NCBI GenBank assembly: GCA_026387335.1
Contig: JAPLLX010000002.1
Coordinates: 77,326 to 141,325, forward strand
Direction of reading: 5' to 3'
Length of the DNA stretch: 64,000 bases
Origin: Candidatus Omnitrophota bacterium
Lineage (GTDB): Bacteria > Omnitrophota > Gorgyraeia > Gygaellales > Profunditerraquicolaceae
Under the pieces are notes generated by a model. The model saw only the letters and a list, made by a program, of their open reading frames with translations. It did not search any database and was not told the origin of the DNA. A program made the position numbers and the translations under genes. Numbering within the stretch: position 1 is the stretch's first letter; every line of letters begins with the position of its first letter. Shown in pieces: positions 45,801 to 53,539 of the stretch.

Positions 45801-46357
45801 TTTGGTTTACCGATACAACATGGGTAGATATTAGACCTCAAGGGACAGAGATAGATATTAATTTTAGGTGTCGAGCTGGAATAGAGCAAAGCGTTGTGTG
45901 GGATGTTAGGCGTTTGATTAAGCTTTCCCAGTCAGAATTGTTAGTAGGAACCGTCGGCTCGGCGGTGCAGACTCCTGAGGAGACCGCAAGTTCAGCGTTG
46001 ACTCCCGGCGGTATTGATTTCCGCGCTCTACCGATGAGCATCCAGCCGATGGGAAGTTTTGCGGGCCTGAATTTTAAGCTGCCGCAGTTGACTCAAGCGC
46101 AGCTTAAGCAAATCAATATTGAATCAGAGATGCAACAGGTTAAGAATCTGGTAGAATCAGGGATTGTTCCTTCCGGAGACAGGATTAAAGAGCTTATCGC
46201 CGCTTGCAGCCAGAAGGGGAAGATTAGTTATTATGTAGATAATCTATTACTCTGCCTGGTAGATATATGTAAACTTGAAGAGCAGAATGCCTTTGAAACT
46301 TCCCCGGAGCTAAGAGAGGCGCTGGCGATTGTTGATTCGCTTGGCGGGCAGGTATAA
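39866..46357 (+). CDS. Giant secreted modular protein (2163 aa) with embedded iPGM-like metalloenzyme segments and at least 10 recurring A-S-S-A-V motifs; function unknown
   Basis: RBS AAAAGGAG; signal peptide MKVKLRKILSLALTISLLFQQIGFAQ. Hallmark iPGM motifs are internal: ITADHGASE ... HTANPVP (aa ~918-940), MAVLDGWG (aa ~1004), AGQTDVGH, SEGGVHSS (aa ~1135), DGRDV, IATVFGR. See findings. Confidence 0.85.
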   Translation: MKVKLRKILSLALTISLLFQQIGFAQIATELNLVNHFARMASSLTVEKFRPLHLRYFSYDNLNDNFKVLVDKGDFEKGLSPKGAVPEEKLKEETKTLLSYFLVGVTLPDSMFWVNLRPDSEDQIIDQYLEKTDIGKIMLEADLQLKKDTALMTSPATPEGREYWDRLYKKAAELYGYDNVSIPTLTRPWIVPGEIIVRESQDSAYVYKANLKVMLEQDYLKDSSNYNFKDSRSKALNEYSSELIRELIIPKLTKEVNSSKRYAPLRQVYYSLILARWFKLRFSGKTGTYASLINTRNLTNLISKDSWSKTDYFKQYQKSFSEGEYNIQEPVRTPTGQVIRSYFSGGIDVASSAINTQNGVSNLKAALPLSLFSRTGVIIGGNAARPFSVNLQPVVAASVGAASPVKTSSPIFTLDDRNGVVFSVYPRTEIREDQLREAAEVLKNRIFNYPKNGKIIDIQLVPGSKRQIAYPTRWKIVIEHKPDLEETLVTLVNDQGKVIINIGYSIDSKALDLPEKLLNEHLQMALISAASRIRFNSLAAASPVSSLENQAYLLALTLGIKDSERKYVAVVFMMPLIKAFMDNSNPPPTSSQAKEFYQRIINNTDKTVSVEVLARSFAFLSNPNASLSEKEKFNSSPVTSNLAKAVEEAQSQLPADVNEQILKFIVTGDENGRILYPIWPQDSVMVGHVRDDRAGYFARGLQNRGFKNLLGYIKFTNDFQGKAVLSEETIASVPNTFFERISNKGYQVLVISEDEKKSHTGKNAAGRKKDGLFPGQKQIVIPMQKSEMAYVDTPQMKMKECADEVLNGLDDDATDFILVNLLSSDMMKHTGNFQAAKKSNEITDQQIGRIKEKVDRIKSHILGDMMKEVNKYLSREEASQLYVLLLNNYAEFLARLKNKNQELYKRIKDLEAKIPIFVITADHGASEAGLTDNPKESDTFHTANPVPYIIYDPLRTQKLALKSGQTIRNNGATLLHLLGEEIPQGSDPSLLPDDYQGSKRRITMAVLDGWGINPDQNYPWDAIRLANTPNYDWMVENASFTQVQAHGEVIGLRGPLSLEEGRHHLRGLQAGQTDVGHLHLFSLREIKQPLWYVDRLIKGSIRDGVFDESKPEVQVLVKELQRVKDNNLRFHYITIASEGGVHSSLYHMYALMRLAKKIGLRQDQFIIHFAADGRDVPTRTAHLYIQDVEKRIEEIGIGVIATVFGRDMFVRKDGAENITNRIIDVMEGINLDAQDVTQVKSVASSAVTAVESLRNDILTRLKERIKDDSVVNLVRSNYLFYTANTPSKLAKALVQIEENLDGLIMSATEERSRDLQTLQESIESELAKLVSVDLPVETISEFAKIVEKLAGYGDVSFDISGTGTLRIRYAGNLSMVDKVEADKLLVKARKLIVEVSSIIGKKISQSYVMKFPQGTLAAKIREDLLLEKARISESFASSEVTYIDINEVRPPDKSFTFQPTNGVRIFINNRVNWYTLQLARYEPGKKNYLIFKIGNQPVHYAYLSSNLTIGQQDVVRTIMRKIENGTQLWTEIDLIQALEKALSMSQYKPKTQELPSPIIIEPIVDNKIKVESGDSERASSPVQKEERSNYLFSGLQEATLDAIGDIQGLASWAPLIEEGPSGVELGMDIIMKEYGLDSDKPILTQRLAEPGNFKELLEKIDKLYEFLEKKLESFSKLLADVKEQQKKIMTQHISSVSDQGKGIEKSSVYWGSEFVLEVAINNIEIAMLKLRQAVEKVKGDIAIVPNSYIGTKLKEGASSAVTREKKESVNLLGGSTQKRVLRVYEEKGRDLIATALATGLTLDIVSEYVKDAKRNPASSAVTEKIKETFRQGGLSLSEYTMDYIAKRLSSILKDGDDIDRDTAAKILISVYDNNKLAGGTRALGQVFATLNDARELREMVKYIRDQKDKSVASSAVHHKIINLYDFDSIKAKKIDPSILKNRFIEKIEELIADVREGKRREFAGELIRLAKADENLYTIWFTDTTWVDIRPQGTEIDINFRCRAGIEQSVVWDVRRLIKLSQSELLVGTVGSAVQTPEETASSALTPGGIDFRALPMSIQPMGSFAGLNFKLPQLTQAQLKQINIESEMQQVKNLVESGIVPSGDRIKELIAACSQKGKISYYVDNLLLCLVDICKLEEQNAFETSPELREALAIVDSLGGQV
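41066..45967 (+). repeat. Dispersed direct repeats of a GC-rich 12-15-nt element inside the giant ORF
   Basis: GCCGCCTCGCCGGTT at 41066-41080 and 41483-41497. AGCTCGCCGGTG at 41769-41780. GCCAGCTCGG(C/A)GGT at 43592-43605, 44171-44184, 45134-45147, 45314-45328 and 45599-45613. GCCAGCTCGCCGGTG at 44597-44611. GGCTCGGCGGTG at 45956-45967. All are in the same frame and encode A(A/S)S(A/P/E)V. Confidence 0.8.
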
Positions 46358-46381
46358 AGCCGGTTTAGAGGCAAAATTTAG

Positions 46382-46409
46382 TTGACAATTGCATAATTTA
46401 GTGTATACT
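46382..46409 (+). promoter_or_regulatory. Near-consensus sigma70 promoter of cspA
   Basis: TTGACA (46382-46387), 16 nt, TATACT (46404-46409); about 120-nt 5' UTR. Confidence 0.6.
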
Positions 46410-46445
46410 TATTTAATAGTGAACAAGGGAGTAGAAGGTCTTGAA

Positions 46446-46481
46446 CCGTAAGGAGAAAGAGCGACACACCTTACGGTTTTT
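46446..46481 (+). promoter_or_regulatory. Perfect 8-bp-stem hairpin plus T-run inside the csp 5' UTR (candidate cold-shock attenuator or thermosensor)
   Basis: CCGTAAGG (46446-46453) / CCTTACGG (46469-46476), followed by TTTTT. Confidence 0.4.
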
Positions 46482-46532
46482 GTCTATTCTAGTAGTTTGC
46501 TAAAATTTTAGAAGGAAGGAGGAATTGCGGCA

Positions 46533-46733
46533 ATGGCAAAAGGTAAAGTAAAGTGGTTTTCCAACCAAAAAGGTTATGGGTTTATTACTCCTGAGAATGG
46601 TAATGATGTCTTCGTGCATCATACAGCTATACAGGGTGATGGCTATAAGACTTTAGAAGAGGGCCAGGAAGTGGAGTTTGAGATTGAAAAAGGTCCGAAG
46701 GGCGAGCAAGCTACAAAAGTAACCAAGTTATAA
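46533..46733 (+). CDS. cspA: Cold-shock protein CspA family
   Basis: [16 protein letters not shown] and VFVHH RNP motifs. Confidence 0.9.
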   Translation: MAKGKVKWFSNQKGYGFITPENGNDVFVHHTAIQGDGYKTLEEGQEVEFEIEKGPKGEQATKVTKL

Positions 46734-46756
46734 CCTAAAAAAGAAAAAAGAAAGCA

Positions 46757-46819
46757 AATAAAGGGGACGGTTCTATTTTTTCAGGTTTAAGATTAAAAAA
46801 TAGAACCGTCCCCTTTATT
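46757..46819. terminator. Long perfect-stem intrinsic terminator (potentially bidirectional)
   Basis: AATAAAGGGGACGGTTCTATTTTTT ... AAAAAATAGAACCGTCCCCTTTATT, a perfect inverted repeat of about 22 bp flanked by A/T runs. Confidence 0.75.
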
Positions 46820-46838
46820 CGTATGCTATAATTACCGT

Positions 46839-47951
46839 ATGAAAAAACGCGTAGTGGTGGGGATGAGCGGAGGGGTGGATTCTGCGGTAGCCGCGGCTCT
46901 GTTAAAAAAACAGGGCTATGAGGTTATTGGGGTAACTATGTGTTTTAATCTTAAGGATTCAGCCCGCAAAAAAGCCGGCTGCTGCAGCCTTCAAGGGATA
47001 GAAGACGCCCGTAGAGTAGCTCATAAGTTAGGGATAAAGCATTATGTTTTGAATATGGGCAAAGTTCTGGAAGAGCGGGTAATCAAGAATTTCTGCCAAG
47101 AATATCTTTTAGGCCGCACGCCTAATCCCTGCGTGCTATGCAATCAATACCTTAAATTCGGCGAGCTACTTAACAAGGCACATGTTTTGGGCGCTGATTT
47201 TTTAGCTACGGGCCATTATGCTCGTGTAGTTAAAACAGCTTCCGGTTTTTTGTTAAAGAAAGCAAAAGACCCAAAGAAAGACCAATCCTATTTTTTATAT
47301 CGTCTTAATCAAGCTCAACTTAAGCATATAATTTTTCCTTTAGGTAATTATACCAAGGAAGAGGTGCGGGATTTAGCCCGGAAATTTAAACTCCCTGTTG
47401 CCGAGAAGAAAGCGAGCCAGGAGATTTGTTTTCTTCCGGATGATGATTACCGGGCGTTTTTAAAGGCAAGAATCAATAAAGATATGAAGCCGGGTCCGGT
47501 AGTAGACACTCAAGGCAATATCGTAGGCCAACATAAAGGCATTGCCTATTATACGATTGGTCAGCGCGAAGGCCTGGGGATTGCCAAGGGTTACCCGGTA
47601 TATATAACCAGAATAGACCCTAAGACTAATAAGATTTTTATCGGTTCCAAAGAAGACGCCTCTAAGCGCGAGTTTATAATTAAGGAACTGCATTATGCCC
47701 TTAAAGCCCCTATAAAAAAGAAAGTTGCCTTTAAGGTGAAGATAAGATATAATCATAAAGAAGCTGAAGCAAGGATTATTCCTTCCGGTAAAAAAGCTAC
47801 AGGCCACAAGGCCGTGGTTTGGCCTCCGATAGCCAAAGCCAAAATAGTTTTTAAAAAACCGCAATTTGCTATAACTCCCGGGCAATCAGCAGTTTTCTAT
47901 AGAGAGAACAGGGTTTTAGGCGGAGCTATTATTGATAAGGTTATAGATTAG
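46839..47951 (+). CDS. mnmA: tRNA 2-thiouridine(34) synthase MnmA
   Basis: GMSGGVDSAVAA PP-loop; NPCVLCN; GHYAR. An extended -10 TGcTATAAT ends 6 nt before the ATG. Confidence 0.9.
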   Translation: MKKRVVVGMSGGVDSAVAAALLKKQGYEVIGVTMCFNLKDSARKKAGCCSLQGIEDARRVAHKLGIKHYVLNMGKVLEERVIKNFCQEYLLGRTPNPCVLCNQYLKFGELLNKAHVLGADFLATGHYARVVKTASGFLLKKAKDPKKDQSYFLYRLNQAQLKHIIFPLGNYTKEEVRDLARKFKLPVAEKKASQEICFLPDDDYRAFLKARINKDMKPGPVVDTQGNIVGQHKGIAYYTIGQREGLGIAKGYPVYITRIDPKTNKIFIGSKEDASKREFIIKELHYALKAPIKKKVAFKVKIRYNHKEAEARIIPSGKKATGHKAVVWPPIAKAKIVFKKPQFAITPGQSAVFYRENRVLGGAIIDKVID

Positions 47952-48869
47952 ATGACTAAGGAAATCTCCAGTTTAGAAAATAAAATCAAAGAGCTTAAAA
48001 AGCGGCATAACGCTATAATTTTGGCGCATAATTATCAACTCCCCGAAGTCCAGGAGGTGGCGGATTTTAGGGGCGATTCTTTGGAGTTGAGCCGCGTGGC
48101 AGCTAAGACTGACGCCAAGGTGATTATTTTCTGCGGGGTTTATTTTATGGCTGAGACAGCCTCAATCCTTTCTCCGGATAAATTAGTGATCGTTCCGGAT
48201 GCCAACGCGGGTTGCCCGATGGCCAATATGCTCAGCGCCCAAGAATTAAGAAAGCTTAAAGAAAAGCACCCGCAAGCCGTGGTTGTAGGTTATGTAAATA
48301 CGTCGGCGGAAGTCAAAGCGGAATTAGATTATTGCTGTACATCTACGAACGCGGTAGCCGTGGTTAATGCTCTTAAAGGTAAAGAAGAAATTATTTTTGT
48401 CCCGGATAAATACCTGGCTGATTATGTATCTAAACAAACCGGTCGGCAGCTGATTACCTGGAATGGTTTTTGTCCTACCCATATAAAGATTCTCCCTGAA
48501 GATATAAGGCGGGAAAAGAAATTCCATCCTTTCGCTAAAGTTATAGTGCATCCGGAGTGTTTGCCTCAGGTTGTGGCTATGGCTGACGCGGTTTTATCTA
48601 CGAGCCAAATGGCTAAATACGCCAAAGAAACAGAAGCTAAAGAGATGATCATAGGCACAGAAGTGGGGATTATTTACCGGTTGAAGAAGGATAACCCCGG
48701 AAAGGAATTTTATCCCGCTTCCGAACGCGCTATTTGCCCGAATATGAAACGCACTACGCAAGATAAAATACTCTGGGCCCTGGAAGAATTGAAAGAAGAA
48801 GTTAAGGTTCCTGATGATATACGGCAACGGGCTAAAAAAGCAATAGACAGGATGTTGGAGATAGTTTGA
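47952..48869 (+). CDS. nadA: Quinolinate synthase NadA
   Basis: AHNYQ and VPDANAGCPMA motifs, plus three conserved Cys. Confidence 0.9.
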   Translation: MTKEISSLENKIKELKKRHNAIILAHNYQLPEVQEVADFRGDSLELSRVAAKTDAKVIIFCGVYFMAETASILSPDKLVIVPDANAGCPMANMLSAQELRKLKEKHPQAVVVGYVNTSAEVKAELDYCCTSTNAVAVVNALKGKEEIIFVPDKYLADYVSKQTGRQLITWNGFCPTHIKILPEDIRREKKFHPFAKVIVHPECLPQVVAMADAVLSTSQMAKYAKETEAKEMIIGTEVGIIYRLKKDNPGKEFYPASERAICPNMKRTTQDKILWALEELKEEVKVPDDIRQRAKKAIDRMLEIV

Positions 48870-49462
48870 ATATCCCCATAGCTTATGAAGACGAGTGGCT
48901 TCTGGTAGTAGATAAACCTTCAGGGCTTCTCACCGTGCCTACTCCTAAAAACGAACAACGCACGCTTACCAGTATTTTAAATTTATATCCCTGCCACCGG
49001 CTTGACCGGGAGACCTCCGGTTTGATAATCTACGCGAAAGATAAAAGCGTTCAACAAAAAATGATGGATGAATTTCGGGATAGAGAGGTTAAGAAAACTT
49101 ACATTGCTTTCATCCGGGGAGTCCCTTATAAAAACGCGGGAGAGATCAAGAATAAAATAGAAGGTTTAAGCGCCGCGACGCGTTACAAAGTTATTGCAAA
49201 AAGAAAAGATTTTGCTATTGTAGAAGTGCATCCTCTGACCGGACGGACTAACCAGATAAGGATCCATTTTAAGCAGATCGGCCATCCCATATTGGGAGAG
49301 ACTAAATACGCGTTCCGCAAGGATTTTAAGATTAAGGCCAAAAGGCTTATGTTACAAGCGAAGGAGTTAAGTTTTCCTCACCCCGTAACCGGCGCGCAAG
49401 TTCAAGTACGCCTGGATCTTGCTATGGATATGGCGGGGTTTTTAGAGAAACATCCGCATTAA
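48866..49462 (+). CDS. RluA-family pseudouridine synthase
   Basis: HRLDRETSGL catalytic-Asp motif. Confidence 0.85.
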   Translation: MNIPIAYEDEWLLVVDKPSGLLTVPTPKNEQRTLTSILNLYPCHRLDRETSGLIIYAKDKSVQQKMMDEFRDREVKKTYIAFIRGVPYKNAGEIKNKIEGLSAATRYKVIAKRKDFAIVEVHPLTGRTNQIRIHFKQIGHPILGETKYAFRKDFKIKAKRLMLQAKELSFPHPVTGAQVQVRLDLAMDMAGFLEKHPH

Positions 49463-49474
49463 GGAAATTGGAAT

Positions 49475-50245
49475 ATGGATTTGATTCAGGCTTGTATATT
49501 GGGGATCATTGAAGGGATCACGGAGTTCCTGCCTATTTCTTCCACCGGGCATTTAATGCTCGCCAGCCGCAGTATGGGAATTGCCCAGACAGAGTTTGTC
49601 AAAAGTTTTGAGATCGCGATTCAATCCGGAGCTATTCTGGCGGTAGTTATTCTTTACTGGAAGACGTTATCTAAGGGTATTGATATCTGGAAGAAAATCT
49701 TAACCGCGTTTTTACCGACCGCGGTAATCGGAGTATTATTATACAAGGTTATTAAGACCTTCTTTTTGAGCAGCAGCTCAGTAGTGCTTTGGTCGTTATT
49801 CTTAGGGGGCGTCGCGCTTATACTTTTTGAAATTTTTCACGGAGAGAGGCAAGGTTCTTCGGAGGAATTAGTTTCCATCACTTATCCCCAGGCCCTAATT
49901 ATCGGTTTTTTTCAGTCGATTGCCATTATTCCGGGAGTTTCCCGGGCGGCAGCGACTATTGTAGGGGGTCTGGCGTTGGGTTTAAAACGCAAAACAATAG
50001 TGGAATTTTCTTTTTTACTGGCCATTCCCACAATGTGCGCCGCGACTGCCCTGGATTTGGCCAAGAGCGCTAAAAGCTTTAGAACAGATCAATTTTTGGT
50101 TTTAGGTGTCGGGTTCATTGTTTCATTTCTGGTCGCCCTTTTAGCCATAAAATTTCTCCTTGTTTTCATAAAGAAACATACGTTTATTCCTTTTGGGATA
50201 TACAGAATACTTATAGCTGCGGCATTCTGGTTAAGAATGGGGTAG
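49475..50245 (+). CDS. uppP: Undecaprenyl-diphosphatase UppP (BacA)
   Basis: GITEFLPISSTGH and PGVSRAAAT signatures. Confidence 0.9.
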   Translation: MDLIQACILGIIEGITEFLPISSTGHLMLASRSMGIAQTEFVKSFEIAIQSGAILAVVILYWKTLSKGIDIWKKILTAFLPTAVIGVLLYKVIKTFFLSSSSVVLWSLFLGGVALILFEIFHGERQGSSEELVSITYPQALIIGFFQSIAIIPGVSRAAATIVGGLALGLKRKTIVEFSFLLAIPTMCAATALDLAKSAKSFRTDQFLVLGVGFIVSFLVALLAIKFLLVFIKKHTFIPFGIYRILIAAAFWLRMG

Positions 50246-50254
50246 GAGGTAAAT

Positions 50255-51157
50255 TTGAGTATATTGGTCTTGGGGACAGTGGCGCTGGATAATGTAAAGA
50301 CTCCTTTTGGCCAAAGAAAACAGTTGCTCGGAGGTTCAGCCGCGCATTTTTCTATGGCCGCGCGCATTTTTACCAAAGTGAACCTGGTCGCTATTGTCGG
50401 AAAGGATTTCCCTCAAAGGCATATCCAATTTTTAGAGGCTAAAGGCATAAATCTTAGCGCGCTTATCCGCGAGGCTTCGGGAAAGACCTTTCAGTGGTCA
50501 GGAGAATATAGGGGGGATTTAAATACCGCTATTACTTTAAATACCGAATTGGGGGTCCTGAGCACGTTTAAGCCTGAGATCTCCGAAGAGCAGAAAAGGA
50601 TAGAACACGTTTTTTTGGCTAATGTTGACCCGGATATACAGCGGCACCTCTTGGGGCATATGCGTTCGCCCAAATTAATCGCTTTGGATAGCATGAATTA
50701 TTGGATCAATAATAAACGTAAGGCGTTGATACGTTTATTGAAACAGGTGGATATTTATGTAGCCAATGATCAGGAGGCCCGGGCTTTATCCGGCGAACAT
50801 AACTTAATCCAGGCGGCCCGCGCCTTGCGCTCTTTTGGCCCCAGGATGGTTTTAATAAAAAAGGGCGAGCACGGAGTTTTGTTTTTCAGCGATAAATTCA
50901 TATTTTCTCTTCCGGCATATCCGGCGGATAAAGTGATTGATCCGACCGGAGCAGGAGATACCTTTGCCGGAGGCTTCATGGGTTATTTGGCTAAATCCAG
51001 GATCCTCAATATGCAAAATATAAGAAAAGCGCTGGTATTCGGGACAATCGCGGCGTCATTTAACATCGAAGATTTTGGTTTGGAAAGGACCTCCAAACTT
51101 ACCCTGAAAGATCTGAATAAAAGGCTCGCCCATTTTAAAAAGTGTATTTTAATCTAA
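50255..51157 (+). CDS. PfkB-family carbohydrate/nucleoside kinase
   Basis: DPTGAGDTFAGGF anion-hole / catalytic motif. Confidence 0.75.
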   Translation: MSILVLGTVALDNVKTPFGQRKQLLGGSAAHFSMAARIFTKVNLVAIVGKDFPQRHIQFLEAKGINLSALIREASGKTFQWSGEYRGDLNTAITLNTELGVLSTFKPEISEEQKRIEHVFLANVDPDIQRHLLGHMRSPKLIALDSMNYWINNKRKALIRLLKQVDIYVANDQEARALSGEHNLIQAARALRSFGPRMVLIKKGEHGVLFFSDKFIFSLPAYPADKVIDPTGAGDTFAGGFMGYLAKSRILNMQNIRKALVFGTIAASFNIEDFGLERTSKLTLKDLNKRLAHFKKCILI

Positions 51158-51190
51158 TACCCGTAGAATACCGCGGGTGAGGGAGGATTT

Positions 51191-51640
51191 ATGTTAGAAG
51201 AAAAGATTCTTAACGACTATAAAGAAGCGATGAAGGCCAGGGATACGCTGAAGAGTGCGGTATTAAGTTTCCTAAGGGCGGATATGATGAATGCCGCTCT
51301 CGCTAAGAAAAAGGCTTCTCTTGATGACAGCGAGGCAGTTGCTATAATTAAGAAGCAGATCAAGCAGCGTCAAGACTCAATTGAGCAGTTTACTAAAGGA
51401 GAGCGCCTGGAGATGGCCGAGAAGGAGAAAAAGGAAGCAGAGATATTAAAAACCTATCTTCCTCCTGAAATGTCTGGCGATGAGATCAAAAAAGTGATTG
51501 AAGAAGTTGTCGCGGCTACCAGCGCTTGCGGCATGAAGGATATGGGCAAGGTTATGAAAGAGGTTAACGCTAAAATCGCCGGACAAGCTGACGGTAAATT
51601 AGTCAGTGATCTGGTAAGAACGAGGCTTTCAGCCGGGTAA
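51191..51640 (+). CDS. yqeY: GatB/YqeY-domain protein
   Basis: Typical YqeY N-terminus (ILNDYKEAMKARD) and length. Confidence 0.8.
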   Translation: MLEEKILNDYKEAMKARDTLKSAVLSFLRADMMNAALAKKKASLDDSEAVAIIKKQIKQRQDSIEQFTKGERLEMAEKEKKEAEILKTYLPPEMSGDEIKKVIEEVVAATSACGMKDMGKVMKEVNAKIAGQADGKLVSDLVRTRLSAG

Positions 51641-51647
51641 TCAATTT

Positions 51648-52745
51648 ATGGAAACCTATTTCTTAAAAAATGATGACCTGCTAAAATTTTATGAACGTAT
51701 AGCTCAGGAATATGAGTTGTATGTTCCGGTTAGGTCTAGGCTAGCGTATAAGGATGAGTGCGGATGCAAGCCGGGGTTTCCTACCGATGATTATTTCTTA
51801 AGGAAATTTTCGCAAGTAAATAAAGAGGATATAGTCTTTAGCGATTACCGCTGCGTAGAGCCTACCCGCGCGTTCTTCACCCATTATAAAGAAGAAGTCA
51901 GCGCGTATTTTGAAGACGCGCCCTTAAAAGAGAAGAGGGAGCGGCCTTTGGCCCTCTGCGGGATAAAGAATTGCGATATATTTTCCTTAAAAATACAGGA
52001 TTTTGTATTCCTGGAAGGAGATGAAACAGACCAGCTTTATAAGACCAGGAGGGATGGCGCTTTAATAATTTCTAGCGATTGCCCGCATTTTAAAGAAGTT
52101 TGTTTCTGCAGGGCGTTTGATATCAATCCCTATCCGCTCGAAGGTTTTGATTTTAACCTGGCGCCGCTGAATAACGGTTACCTTCTGGATGTAGCGTCGC
52201 CAAGAGCTAAAAGCATAGCTCTATCCTTAAAAAGTATATTAATTCCGGCGACATTGGGCCAGCTCTCGGGAAGAGCAGCCAAGAGAGAGTCGCTGGATCT
52301 GCGCCTGGATGAGCATCTCAAGCAATATAATATCCCCAAGAAAGAAACCCTGCAGGATACGGTATTATCTGGGTATAATTCCGGGATCTGGAATGATGAA
52401 GCGCGCACGTGCGTTGAATGCAATGGCTGCGTATTTATGTGCGATACCTGCCATTGTTTTCTGCTGGCGGATGAACCTTCAGCGCAGAATTCTAAACGGC
52501 TGCGCCTTTGGGACGGCTGCCTCTTTAAGAATTTTACCCGGGTGGCCGGAGGGGCCAACCCTTTACGCCTGCGTTATATGCGGCTGCGCAACCGTTTTTT
52601 AAAAAAATTTGATTTTTTTATTTCTAATCTAGGGATGCAAGCCTGTTGTGGCTGCGGAAGATGCATTGATGTCTGCCCGGGGAAAATTGATATACGCCGG
52701 ATATTGCGTAAACTATATGAAGAAAAACATCTACCAACCAGTTAA
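51648..52745 (+). CDS. Fe-S subunit, AsrA / HydB (sulfhydrogenase-beta)-like
   Basis: Multiple Cys clusters, including CVECNGCVFMCDTCHC and CCGCGRCIDVCPG. Confidence 0.55.
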   Translation: METYFLKNDDLLKFYERIAQEYELYVPVRSRLAYKDECGCKPGFPTDDYFLRKFSQVNKEDIVFSDYRCVEPTRAFFTHYKEEVSAYFEDAPLKEKRERPLALCGIKNCDIFSLKIQDFVFLEGDETDQLYKTRRDGALIISSDCPHFKEVCFCRAFDINPYPLEGFDFNLAPLNNGYLLDVASPRAKSIALSLKSILIPATLGQLSGRAAKRESLDLRLDEHLKQYNIPKKETLQDTVLSGYNSGIWNDEARTCVECNGCVFMCDTCHCFLLADEPSAQNSKRLRLWDGCLFKNFTRVAGGANPLRLRYMRLRNRFLKKFDFFISNLGMQACCGCGRCIDVCPGKIDIRRILRKLYEEKHLPTS

Positions 52746-53535
52746 GGCTGTTATTGAGGAAATAATCGAGGAATCCTCAACGATAAAGACTTTCCGGCTT
52801 AAGCCCGAAGGGGATTTTAGTTTTTCTACCGGCCAGTTCATTGAATTGACTGTGCCCGGAGTGGGAGAAGCGCCATTTACCCCTTCTTCTGATCCGGGGG
52901 TCAAGGGAAGTTTAGACCTTACTATAATGAATGCGGGTGAAGTCACCTCTAAATTACATTCTCTGCGTAAAGGAGATGCAGTGGGCCTGCGCGGGCCTTA
53001 CGGCAAGGGTTATCCTTTGGATACGTTTAAGGGAAAGGATATTTTGATCGTCGGCGGCGGAGTGGGTCTAGCGCCGTTACGCTCGTTATTATTCAGTCTT
53101 TTCTCCAAGATCAATAATTACAATAAAGTCGTCTTGCGTTACGGCGCCCGCTCGCCAAAAGACATAGTTTATAAGACCTCTCTTCCTGATTGGGCCAAGA
53201 TGGAGCGAGTGGATGTTTTAGTCAGTGTAGATATAGGGGAACCTGCTTGGCAGGGGAACGTGGGTCTGGTGACTACGATATTAGGGAACGCTCCGATAGA
53301 TTTCACGAATGCCGTCGGAATAGTCTGTGGCCCTCCGATCATGATGAAATTTGTCACTTTGAAATTACTGGACATAGGTTTTAAGCCGCCGGATATATAT
53401 TTATCTATGGAAAAGAGTATGTCCTGCGGGCTGGGTAAATGCGGGCATTGCCGTTTAGGCAAATATTATGCCTGTAAAGACGGCCCGGTATTTACTTACG
53501 AACAGTTAAAAGATATCCAGGGTATTTGGGATTAA
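52717..53535 (+). CDS. PyrK/AsrB/HydG-like FAD/NAD(P)-binding subunit with C-terminal [2Fe-2S]
   Basis: Start placed at ATG 52717 (MKKNIYQPVKAV...). FNR-like fold; C-terminal CGLGKCGHCRLGKYYACKDGPVF. Confidence 0.6.
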   Translation: MKKNIYQPVKAVIEEIIEESSTIKTFRLKPEGDFSFSTGQFIELTVPGVGEAPFTPSSDPGVKGSLDLTIMNAGEVTSKLHSLRKGDAVGLRGPYGKGYPLDTFKGKDILIVGGGVGLAPLRSLLFSLFSKINNYNKVVLRYGARSPKDIVYKTSLPDWAKMERVDVLVSVDIGEPAWQGNVGLVTTILGNAPIDFTNAVGIVCGPPIMMKFVTLKLLDIGFKPPDIYLSMEKSMSCGLGKCGHCRLGKYYACKDGPVFTYEQLKDIQGIWD

Positions 53536-53539
53536 TGCG

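Noticed and set aside
41066-45967. Repeated GC-rich elements considered as a CRISPR array or DNA-uptake-type repeats
   Set aside because: The spacing is irregular (about 180 to 1800 nt) and all copies lie in phase inside one continuous ORF, where they encode a peptide motif. No cas genes are present. This is not a CRISPR architecture.
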